Source: Candidatus Gottesmanbacteria bacterium (GTDB lineage: Bacteria; Patescibacteriota; Microgenomatia; UBA10105; UBA927). Taken from it: DNA of 64,000 bases. The stretch is from the NCBI GenBank assembly GCA_963701185.1, contig OY969569.1, forward strand, positions 859,548-923,547, given 5' to 3'. Below, piece after piece: positions 55,906 through 64,000 of this stretch (position 1 is its first letter; the number at the start of each line of letters is the position of its first letter). The notes under the pieces are model-generated. The model made no database searches and was not told the origin of the DNA. It was given only the letters and a program-made list of their open reading frames with translations. A program made the translations under genes and the position numbers.

Positions 55906-57055
55906 GGAACCGGGTATAGATAAAAAGCAATACTCCTGAAAAAAGTGCAATCCCGGCGGAGAAGTAGAAGGGCGCGGCGGGGGAAATTTTATCCCACAGT
56001 AATCCCGCAATAAAACTTGCCGGCAGCGTTACGAGTCCCACGAGCGAATTATATAATCCGTACGCTTTTCCCCGGTGTCCCGATGCCACCTGGTCGGCAA
56101 TATATGCCTTTACCACTCCTTCCGTCGTTGCATAATAAATGCCGTAGAGGGCAAACAAGAGCCAGGCCTGATAGCTTTTATTCGCCAGTCCGAATCCGAG
56201 ATACGAGAGCGCGTAAAAAAACCATCCGATGAAGATGACTTTTTCCCGTCCGATTTTATCGGAGAGGCTCCCCAGAGGTATAGAAGCAGATGCGTAGACC
56301 GCATTAAATAATGCATAGACCAGAGGAATGCCAAGGAGGCTGACGCCCAAATTTTGGCTGCGTAAAATCAAAAACGTGTCAGAAGAATTGCCGAGGGAAA
56401 ATATTACTATGATACCCAAAAACAGGAAAAACTTTTTTGGTAATTTCTGTATGTTTTCAAATAATTCCGGATTCTGTACCGGTGCTTCTTTGACAAAAAA
56501 AGATAAGATGCTTAACGTGAAGAGTAATGGAATAGCGGCAATAAAGAAGATGTAATGATATTTGAGGGTGTTATTTTTTAATACATATAAAAGAAAAAAA
56601 AGAATTAAAGGTCCCGCAACAGATCCGAGCGTATCCAATGCCCGGACAATACCGAATCCTTTCCCGCGTGAGGTGACTTGTGTTGAATCGGCAATGAGCG
56701 CATCTTTCGGAGAATCTTTGACACCTTTTCCGACGCCGTCCAAAAAACGTAAACCCATAACTCCGATTCCGGATGTGGTGATGGCCAAAAGCGGTCGGCT
56801 TATAAATGAAAGGAGATATCCGGCAAATACAATAGGTTTGTTTTTTCTCAATTTGTCCGACAATAATCCTGCAACAATCCGGAAAACGCTGGCGCTGCTG
56901 GTGACCAACCCTTCAGTAAGGCCGATAAATGCTTTGTCAAAATGAAGGACGTTGGCAAGATACAATGGTAGTACCGGAACAAAAATATCCTGGCTGATCC
57001 CGCCGAAGAAACTTAACAGTCCGATATAAAAGACATTAGAAAACCGTTTTTTCAC
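55877..57055 (-). CDS. MFS transporter
   Basis: 12 TM helices, GLLSDKL, GSLSDKIGR. Confidence 0.9.
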   Translation of the reverse strand: MKKRFSNVFYIGLLSFFGGISQDIFVPVLPLYLANVLHFDKAFIGLTEGLVTSSASVFRIVAGLLSDKLRKNKPIVFAGYLLSFISRPLLAITTSGIGVMGLRFLDGVGKGVKDSPKDALIADSTQVTSRGKGFGIVRALDTLGSVAGPLILFFLLYVLKNNTLKYHYIFFIAAIPLLFTLSILSFFVKEAPVQNPELFENIQKLPKKFFLFLGIIVIFSLGNSSDTFLILRSQNLGVSLLGIPLVYALFNAVYASASIPLGSLSDKIGREKVIFIGWFFYALSYLGFGLANKSYQAWLLFALYGIYYATTEGVVKAYIADQVASGHRGKAYGLYNSLVGLVTLPASFIAGLLWDKISPAAPFYFSAGIALFSGVLLFIYTRFLKHEPVSAH

Positions 57056-57080
57056 AGGTTGATATATTATAATACATTGT

Positions 57081-57602
57081 ATGATTCCGACAGAAGTACA
57101 GGCGAAAGCATTATGGGAGAAGTATAAACTTCCTCAGCAAAAGCGTATTCATGTCGCGCTGGTTGCCAAAGTTGCGATGGTTTTTGCATCGAAAATTCAG
57201 GTGGATAAAAAATTGCTTTTTGCTGCAGCACTTCTTCATGATATTGATAAGGCAGTGGGAGGAAAACATCCCGAATGTGCGGTTACCATATTGCAGAAAG
57301 AGGGGATGAATGAAGTTGCAGAAATAGTGAAGACACATTCCCTGCATTCAATTCTTGATCCACAAGGATCACCGAAAACATGGGAGCAGAAGCTTTTGTA
57401 TCTCGCGGATAAGATGGTTAAGTATGATATAGTCGGCGTTGATAAACGGTTTGCCGTATGGAATGCGGAAAAGTTGCCGCCCGACGCGCAGAAAATATTG
57501 GACATGAGTTACCCGAAAGTGAAGAAACTGGAACAAGAAGTGCTCAAACTTGCACAAATATCGCTTGATGATATACTAAAGATGAAAGAGGTGCTCATAT
57601 GA
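57081..57602 (+). CDS. HD-domain protein
   Basis: H...AALLHDIDK...H...YLADK. Confidence 0.88.
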   Translation: MIPTEVQAKALWEKYKLPQQKRIHVALVAKVAMVFASKIQVDKKLLFAAALLHDIDKAVGGKHPECAVTILQKEGMNEVAEIVKTHSLHSILDPQGSPKTWEQKLLYLADKMVKYDIVGVDKRFAVWNAEKLPPDAQKILDMSYPKVKKLEQEVLKLAQISLDDILKMKEVLI

Positions 57603-58144
57603 AAAATATTGTTTTGTTTCTTACTACGCTTCTTTTTCCTGTTATGGTTTTTGCCGCGACCGCAACGAGTGCGGGTGAACCAACCGGGTCACCCACGCCC
57701 GCACCGGTCCAATACGAACTTCCGTATCCGGGTATGTTGCCGGATAACCCTCTGTATGTTCTTAAGCAAATTCGAGACTGGATACTCGACAAGATGATTA
57801 CGGATTCCTTGAAGAAGACGGAATTTTATATTCTGCAGGGGGATAAGAGGCTCGCGATGGGGGTCATGCTTTCTTCAAGCGGGAATAGCAGGCTTTCGGA
57901 ACAAATAATCTCCAAGGGGGAGAAGTATATGAATAATGCGGTGACGACGCTTCTTACGCTCAAGGCGCAGGGGAAAGATGTTCCTGCATATGTGACGGAC
58001 AGGCTGACGCAGTCGCTTGCAAAACACGCAGAAGTGCTTAGGTCTGAGATTGCCAAAACAACAGATGCGTCCATAAAGGCCGGGCTCACAGGATCATTGG
58101 ATTTAGTGAGTACACTTCAAACTCAGGTACAAAAATTAAAATAA
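57599..58144 (+). CDS. secreted DUF5667-domain protein
   Basis: Signal peptide; YELPYPGMLPDNPLYVLK. Confidence 0.8.
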   Translation: MKNIVLFLTTLLFPVMVFAATATSAGEPTGSPTPAPVQYELPYPGMLPDNPLYVLKQIRDWILDKMITDSLKKTEFYILQGDKRLAMGVMLSSSGNSRLSEQIISKGEKYMNNAVTTLLTLKAQGKDVPAYVTDRLTQSLAKHAEVLRSEIAKTTDASIKAGLTGSLDLVSTLQTQVQKLK

Positions 58145-58230
58145 TTTTCCCCGTACTTTTTCCTCATCAACGGATCAGCAGCTTCATAGGAAAATGTTGC
58201 ATATTTTTGATATAGAAGTTGCTAGTTGAC

Positions 58231-58278
58231 GCTCTCCATTTAGTGTCTTAGTATGATTTTGAGCACCACATATAGCGT
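58231..58278 (+). promoter_or_regulatory. tandem NrdR boxes
   Basis: GCTCTCCATTTAGTGT 58231-58246 and GCACCACATATAGCGT 58263-58278, 32 bp apart, upstream of nrdR-nrdJ. Confidence 0.65.
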
Positions 58279-58362
58279 TTTATATTTCATTCGTGAAAAG
58301 AGAGCACACGTATTTATTGACTCCTTGAAAATTTAATAAAAGCGTTTATATTGGAAAGTCCG

Positions 58363-58809
58363 ATGAAGTGTCCGTATTGTAATTTTGATAATACTGATGT
58401 TATTGAAACGCGCGACAGCGAAGACTTGTCAGTGACGAGGCGCAGACGTACATGCACGAAATGTGAAAAGCGGTTTACGACGTATGAGCGGGTGGAATCG
58501 GTGCCGATTACGGTCGTCAAAAAAGATGAACGCAGGGAAACATTTGACCGGGAGAAACTGAAACGGGGTATCTGGAGGGCAAGCGGAAAAACAACCATTA
58601 AGGCGGCGGACGTAGATCGGATTGTCGATGAGGTGGAGCGGGAACTCATCGCCGGAGACACAACCGAGGTGCCCAGTAAAAAGATCGGAGAGCTGGTTGC
58701 CCGGCGTCTGAAAAAATTAGACAAACTTGCGTACATCCGGTTTGCAAGCGTGTTCAGACAGTTTGTGGATATAGAAGATTTTGAAAAAGAAGTAAAGAAA
58801 CTGTTATAA
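58363..58809 (+). CDS. nrdR: transcriptional repressor NrdR
   Basis: MKCPYC, RRRRTC..C..RFTTYE, ATP cone, AYIRFASV. Confidence 0.96.
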   Translation: MKCPYCNFDNTDVIETRDSEDLSVTRRRRTCTKCEKRFTTYERVESVPITVVKKDERRETFDREKLKRGIWRASGKTTIKAADVDRIVDEVERELIAGDTTEVPSKKIGELVARRLKKLDKLAYIRFASVFRQFVDIEDFEKEVKKLL

Positions 58810-58834
58810 CAATTATAAAAATAATAAACTTTAT

Positions 58835-61234
58835 ATGGAATTAACAGGCATCCGTAACACTGTATTTTTAGACCGTTATGCTGTAAAAGATGAGACGGGA
58901 AAACCCGTCGAACAGATCCCTGAAGAAATGTGGCGGCGGGTTTCTCATGCCATTGCCCAATCCGAACATAAAAAAGACCGGGGTTTTTGGGAAGAAAAAT
59001 TCTTCCAAGCCATGCAGGATTTTGCGTTTGTCCCGGGTGGCAGAATTTTATCGGGAGCAGGCACCGGATACAAAGTAACCTTTTATAATTGTTTTGTCAT
59101 TCCTTCTCCTCACGATTCGCGCGGCGGAATTTTGAAAACCCTCTCAAACATGGTGGAAATTATGTCGCGCGGGGGCGGGGTAGGCATCAATCTTTCGAGT
59201 CTGCGGCCCCGCGGGGCACGGGTCAATAAAGTGAACGGGTTTTCTTCCGGTCCGTGTAATTGGGCGGAACTCTTCAGCGTCGCAACCAAAGATATTATCC
59301 AGCAGGGCGGCTCGCGGCGGGGGGCCCTCATGCTTATGCTGTGGGATTGGCATCCGGACATAGAAGAATTTGTCACCGTGAAACAGGATCTGTCCCGCAT
59401 TAACGGCGCCAATCTCTCTGTTTGTGTTTCGGACGCGTTTATGGAAGCAGTGAGGACCGACGCGGATTGGAACTTGGTATTCCCCGACAAAACGGATCCG
59501 GAGTATGACACAAAATGGGATGGATATCTGCCTAATTGGATTAAACTGGGGAAAAAGGTCATTATCAAAAAAACCATCAAAGCGCGTGCGTTGTGGGACC
59601 TCATTGCCACAGCCGCGTGGAAAAGCGCCGAGCCCGGAGTGGTGTTCATGGAGCGGTACAACAAGTGGTTTAACAATTATTATTATGAATATATCAATTG
59701 CGTTAATCCGTGCGGTGAGGAAGGACTACCGAATTGGGGAGTGTGCAACCTCTGTTCGATCAATGTATCAGCATTAGTCAATGATCAGGGGGAAATGGAC
59801 TATAAGAGATTGGCGGATATTGCCAAAACCGGTGTGCGGTTCCAGGACGACGTGATTGACGCGGATTTTTATGTTTTTGATGAAATCCGCAACGTGCAAA
59901 AACAGGGAGAACGGCGTATAGGGTTGGGAACCATGGGGTTGGGCGACGCGCTGATCAAAATGCATCTTCGCTACGGAAGCAAAGAAAGTCTTCCCGTAAT
60001 TGATAAAATCTACAAAATTATCAGGGATGCGGCGTATGAGGCGTCGGTGGAAATCGCTGCGGAGAAAGGGCCGTTTCCTAAAATTCAAATTAAAAAGCAT
60101 TTGGAAGGGTATTTCATCAAGCAGCTGCCGGAATCAGTCCGCAAGGGGATTAAAAAATACGGAATCCGTAATTCGCTTATTTTGCAGCAGGCGCCGACCG
60201 GGAGTACGTCACTGATGGCCGGAGTCTCCAGCGGCATCGAGCCCGTGTACGAATTTGAATTTATCCGCCGGGACAGGCTTGGAGAACATGTGCTCCGGCA
60301 TCCGTTATATGACGCCTGGTGGGATGAATTTAAAAAGACGCACGGGAGAGAGCCTACGCGGGAAGATCGCCCTGCATGGTTTGTATCCGCCAATGATTTG
60401 ACGCCGGAAGATCACGTCTATGTGCAGGCGGCCATTCAAAAATATGTGGATGCCTCCATCAGCAAAACCGTCAATGCTCCGGCCACTCATACGGTTGAGG
60501 ATGTGAAACGCCTGTATACGCTGGCATATGAGCAAGGGTGTAAAGGTATTGCCTACATGCGGGAAGGAAGTAGAGCAGGTGTTCTTACCCGTAAAGAAGA
60601 AAAGAAGGTTGAAGAAGTGAAACAATTGCTTGCGGCGCCGGAAGTAAAACCGAGACCCATGGTCTTGCATGGGTCTACCTACCGAGTGGAGACGCCGGTG
60701 GGAGATGCGTATGTAACGGTCAATACCAACGGCGGCAACCAGCCCGTAGAAATGTTTATCAGTGTCGGGAAGGCGGGCAGTGACGTGACGGCTATGGCTG
60801 AGGCATTGGGGAAAATTATTTCCCTGACGCTTCGCATGGCATCGCCCATTCCGCCGATGGAACGGGCGCATAAAATCGCCTCCATGCTGATCGGTATCGG
60901 AGGGGCGCGCAGTTTAGGATTCGGAGAAAACCGCGTCAGGAGTCTACCCGATGCCATTGCAAAAGTGATCGACCGGCATTTCGGATTTTTCCAGAAGCAC
61001 CGGGTCGATGTGGCTAATGGGAATGGGCATTCTCCGGTAACAGTACAAGAGGCTGTGGCAAAATTAACATCTGCGGTTCCCGTAGCCCCCGTATTTGCCG
61101 AAGAATCCAAGCCGGCGGTTGCCACATCAAAACGAATGGTGACGGTCGATCTATGCCCGAAATGCGGAGAAGCAAGTCTGGTTTTTGAAGAATCCTGCAA
61201 GAAGTGCTACAGTTGCGGCTACTCTGAGTGCTGA
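58835..61234 (+). CDS. nrdJ: adenosylcobalamin-dependent (class II) ribonucleotide reductase
   Basis: PGGRIL, NCFV, NPCGE, CNL, APTGS, TSCPD-like domain and C-terminal CPKCG...CYSCGYSEC. Confidence 0.93.
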   Translation: MELTGIRNTVFLDRYAVKDETGKPVEQIPEEMWRRVSHAIAQSEHKKDRGFWEEKFFQAMQDFAFVPGGRILSGAGTGYKVTFYNCFVIPSPHDSRGGILKTLSNMVEIMSRGGGVGINLSSLRPRGARVNKVNGFSSGPCNWAELFSVATKDIIQQGGSRRGALMLMLWDWHPDIEEFVTVKQDLSRINGANLSVCVSDAFMEAVRTDADWNLVFPDKTDPEYDTKWDGYLPNWIKLGKKVIIKKTIKARALWDLIATAAWKSAEPGVVFMERYNKWFNNYYYEYINCVNPCGEEGLPNWGVCNLCSINVSALVNDQGEMDYKRLADIAKTGVRFQDDVIDADFYVFDEIRNVQKQGERRIGLGTMGLGDALIKMHLRYGSKESLPVIDKIYKIIRDAAYEASVEIAAEKGPFPKIQIKKHLEGYFIKQLPESVRKGIKKYGIRNSLILQQAPTGSTSLMAGVSSGIEPVYEFEFIRRDRLGEHVLRHPLYDAWWDEFKKTHGREPTREDRPAWFVSANDLTPEDHVYVQAAIQKYVDASISKTVNAPATHTVEDVKRLYTLAYEQGCKGIAYMREGSRAGVLTRKEEKKVEEVKQLLAAPEVKPRPMVLHGSTYRVETPVGDAYVTVNTNGGNQPVEMFISVGKAGSDVTAMAEALGKIISLTLRMASPIPPMERAHKIASMLIGIGGARSLGFGENRVRSLPDAIAKVIDRHFGFFQKHRVDVANGNGHSPVTVQEAVAKLTSAVPVAPVFAEESKPAVATSKRMVTVDLCPKCGEASLVFEESCKKCYSCGYSEC

Positions 61235-61237
61235 TCT

Positions 61238-61768
61238 ATGCCAATCTACACCCGCACCGGCGATGACGGTACTACTTCCCTTTTCGGTGGCAAGCGCGTT
61301 TTAAAGTGCGAGGAGCTCGTCGACGTGTACGGATCGATTGATGAGCTGAATAGTTGGGTGGGACTTATCAGCACTCAGTCGGAATTTCCTCTTTCACATA
61401 TACAATCAGACCTTCTTACTATCGGCAGTTCCCTCTCGGGCAGTAAAAAAAATCTGACAATGCTTGAAGGGCGAATTACGGACATGGAACAGTACATAGA
61501 TGAGATGGATAAAGAATTGCCGAAGCTTACAAATTTCATTTTACCGGGAGGATCGGAGTTGGCATCACAGATCCATATTGCGCGTAGTATCTGCCGGCGG
61601 GTGGAGCGGCAGGCGGTTGCGCTGTCAAAAAAACAACACCTTGATCCGGTGATCGTAAAGTATCTTAACCGTTTATCTGACTTGCTATTTATGCTTGCGA
61701 GGTTTATAAATAAGCGAGGAAAAGTTAAGGAAATAATTTGGTCAGGTCAAAAGCTCCGAATCCCGTGA
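61238..61768 (+). CDS. pduO: ATP:cob(I)alamin adenosyltransferase (PduO type)
   Basis: IYTRTGDDGTT, YGSIDELNS, FILPGG, CRRVER, YLNRLSDLLF. Confidence 0.93.
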   Translation: MPIYTRTGDDGTTSLFGGKRVLKCEELVDVYGSIDELNSWVGLISTQSEFPLSHIQSDLLTIGSSLSGSKKNLTMLEGRITDMEQYIDEMDKELPKLTNFILPGGSELASQIHIARSICRRVERQAVALSKKQHLDPVIVKYLNRLSDLLFMLARFINKRGKVKEIIWSGQKLRIP

Positions 61769-61817
61769 AACTCGGGGACTGTACCGCAACTGTAAAGTCA
61801 GATCGCAGGCTTTTGAC
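61746..61817 (+). ncRNA. compact cobalamin riboswitch aptamer
   Basis: GAA-TCCCG-TGAAACT-CGGGG-ACTGTACCGCAACTGTA-AAGTCAG core closed by GTCAAAAGCT/GGCTTTTGAC. Confidence 0.75.
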
Positions 61818-61857
61818 GCAATGAGCATATCCTTCGGGTGAAAGGAAACGCGGTATC

Positions 61858-61883
61858 AAACTTCTCACCCGAGAAGTTTTTTT
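61858..61883 (+). terminator. intrinsic terminator of riboswitch expression platform
   Basis: AAACTTCTC-A-CCC-GAGAAGTTT + T run; competing strand TTCGGGTGA 61833-61841 pairs with TCACCCGAG 61865-61873. Confidence 0.75.
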
Positions 61884-61895
61884 ATTGTAAAAATT

Positions 61896-63575
61896 ATGGC
61901 TGGATGCAATTGTAATAAAGAAACAGATTTGAAGGCATATCAGGATTTGACGGAAACGCTGAAAACACAGCACTTTGACTGGTCCTCTCCGCAGGTTCGC
62001 AGAGAAGCAGCCAAGATATTTCGACCTCAATACCGGCAAAATGCAGACTCTAGAAGGCAGGAATTATCTGGCGCGAAAGAATACGATGGGACGGATTTTA
62101 CATATAGCGCAGAAGGAGATATCCGTTTTACATATGGAGATGGCTCAATGGGGCTTTTAGAATTTCATGAACGTCAGCTTCGATTAACACCTGAAGCATA
62201 CTCCGAAGCGCAACATCAAACATCATTATTAATCGATCAAGCGTTTCGAAGCGGAGCGACTGAGGTGGTGACGTCATACTTAGAGCCCAGTGGTCAACGC
62301 GATATTGTCGTTATGACGCTCGACCGCGCGACCGGTAAAGGGAAGATGCGCATAATCAATACACTGAACGATCATACGATGCCGGAAATGAGGTCTCTCA
62401 TAAAAAGTAACTTTTCGCATTTATCTGAAATCCGTCCAACAACCAAAGCATTTATCTTAAGCGATAAACCAGTGTCTCGGGAACAAATCCAGCAAAAATT
62501 CATTCTGTTAGACCGGCAGATTCATGCAGTTTTAAAGGAGACAGCCGGCGCTGTAAAAAATACAGTACACGAAATACAATATACCGCGGTATCAGTCGAT
62601 AAATTTATTCATCGACCAGTTGAGAAAATATCAGAAGCACATCTACACATGATCGGCGAATCATTTATTCATCATGTACGGCCGATGTTTGAACATAAAG
62701 AAGATAGAAAAGTTGAAGTATTAGAGGCAAAGAAACATCAAATTAATTTGCTTGATCGTTCACCGGAGAGAGAGGAAAAAAATACTCAGCCTATTCAAAT
62801 ACCATTAGAATCTGATAAAAAAATTAAAAGAGAAAAGTTGAAGCACCAAAGAAGTAAAAAGGAAAATACGGTAGTAGTGCATTTACGCAAATACGACGTT
62901 CGACGAAAAGAAAAGACGTCCATATTCCGGATGAATGAAGGTTTCAACAAGTTGACCAGAAAAGATCAACCTTTGTTCCGCCGAACGGAAAAAGAGATTC
63001 ATGTTAAGGAGACAAAAATATTACGGCATAAAAAACAGAGAAACAAGCAAAAAAAAGAAATATTGTTTCAAAAGTTGGAAAGAAAATTATTTTTGCGTAA
63101 AGAACGAAAGAGTGTCCAAAAGAAAGAAAAAATATTATGGAATACGTTGAAACGATTAGTTCAAAAGGCTGAGCGGCAATTTATATTCAGGAAAATAAAA
63201 CAAAAAGAAAAATTGCAGAAAATCAACACGATAAAAAAAGAAAACAGGATAGTCGTAATACGAAAAGAGCATCAAAAAAAGAAACAGGAAAAACAATACG
63301 TCATTGATTTTTCGGTTGCACTGGTTATTTGGTTTCTTTTGCGCCTGCCGGAAAAACGACCGGATATACGTGTGATTAAACACGAAAAACAAAAAAAACT
63401 TATTGAGAAAGAGTCTTTCCCATGGATCCTTTTTGCCATCATCTGGCATCTTGCGATGATCCGGGAAAGCGGCATGACAACACAGAACAAACCAAAAAAA
63501 GTTAAGAAGAAGCATATACACAATTATCCCCTCCAATTGCCGCCACAAGGGGTAATATTTGCCTTTGCTTCATGA
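61896..63575 (+). CDS. hypothetical protein with Lys-rich region and C-terminal hydrophobic segments
   Basis: 559-aa ORF, no recognised family. Confidence 0.7.
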   Translation: MAGCNCNKETDLKAYQDLTETLKTQHFDWSSPQVRREAAKIFRPQYRQNADSRRQELSGAKEYDGTDFTYSAEGDIRFTYGDGSMGLLEFHERQLRLTPEAYSEAQHQTSLLIDQAFRSGATEVVTSYLEPSGQRDIVVMTLDRATGKGKMRIINTLNDHTMPEMRSLIKSNFSHLSEIRPTTKAFILSDKPVSREQIQQKFILLDRQIHAVLKETAGAVKNTVHEIQYTAVSVDKFIHRPVEKISEAHLHMIGESFIHHVRPMFEHKEDRKVEVLEAKKHQINLLDRSPEREEKNTQPIQIPLESDKKIKREKLKHQRSKKENTVVVHLRKYDVRRKEKTSIFRMNEGFNKLTRKDQPLFRRTEKEIHVKETKILRHKKQRNKQKKEILFQKLERKLFLRKERKSVQKKEKILWNTLKRLVQKAERQFIFRKIKQKEKLQKINTIKKENRIVVIRKEHQKKKQEKQYVIDFSVALVIWFLLRLPEKRPDIRVIKHEKQKKLIEKESFPWILFAIIWHLAMIRESGMTTQNKPKKVKKKHIHNYPLQLPPQGVIFAFAS

Positions 63576-63587
63576 TATGATAAGACT

Positions 63588-63962
63588 ATGAATGACCTGC
63601 CTGTCCCCGTACAGGGGACGAGTCCGTCCATTAATAAAGAACAGGAAACCGGAGGAATAGGTGCTGATGCTCCGTTTCGTCCGACCGGAGCGGAAACCGA
63701 GATATCGCCGGAAGTAGCCTCATCAGGAGTGAAAGTCCAGCCGACGACTATCCCCATCCCGCCGCCCGTGCAACAGATGGGCGTACGTCCGGCCGGACAA
63801 AATATTCCTCCGGCGGCACCTGCCGTTACCTTACCGCTATCAGATGATCAGATTGCATTAGGATTAAAACAAAGTGTGTGGAGTTCCTGGCATTGGCTGG
63901 CCCAGTGGTGCGTCCGGAAATTAAAACAAATACACAGGAATTTCACGCGTGTGAGACAATGA
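63588..63962 (+). CDS. hypothetical Pro-rich protein
   Basis: Leaderless-type start; C-terminal LPLSDDQI...WLAQWCVRKLK. Confidence 0.7.
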   Translation: MNDLPVPVQGTSPSINKEQETGGIGADAPFRPTGAETEISPEVASSGVKVQPTTIPIPPPVQQMGVRPAGQNIPPAAPAVTLPLSDDQIALGLKQSVWSSWHWLAQWCVRKLKQIHRNFTRVRQ

Positions 63963-64000
63963 TGCTATGCCGACAGAAGCGTTGGATGATTTCTACAGAA

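Overview
This 64-kb window looks like chromosome from a Patescibacteria/CPR bacterium, probably Microgenomates. That placement is inferred from gene content (two class A PBPs, sortase, type IV pili, GapN, class II RNR, salvage-type nucleotide genes) and from pervasive leaderless gene starts. Backbone genes include dnaG-rpoD, typA, a type IV pilus cluster, uppP, sod, gapN, guaA and nrdR-nrdJ-pduO. There are seven tRNAs: all four Ser isoacceptors, Arg-GCG, Arg-CCG and an intron-split Asn-GTT. Highlights: (1) An AT-rich stack of three insertions at the 3' end of tRNA-Ser(TGA), 364-6622. One is a serine-recombinase island with HEPN cargo. Two are integrase-less cassettes, each closed by the same att-like end module, whose antisense reading frame is conserved at the protein level; together they resemble an integron-like cassette array anchored on a tRNA. 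(2) A compact 179-nt group I intron at anticodon position 35/36 of tRNA-Asn, with a decayed copy of its 3' junction just upstream. (3) A cobalamin riboswitch with terminator/antiterminator at the end of nrdJ-pduO, in front of an unrecognised 559-aa gene. (4) A GT-C glycosyltransferase fused to a non-catalytic PBP module, a predictable ECF-sigma promoter, tRNA-abutting leaderless genes, and palindromic repeats inserted in-frame in genes. All calls come from reading the sequence by eye; no database searches were run.
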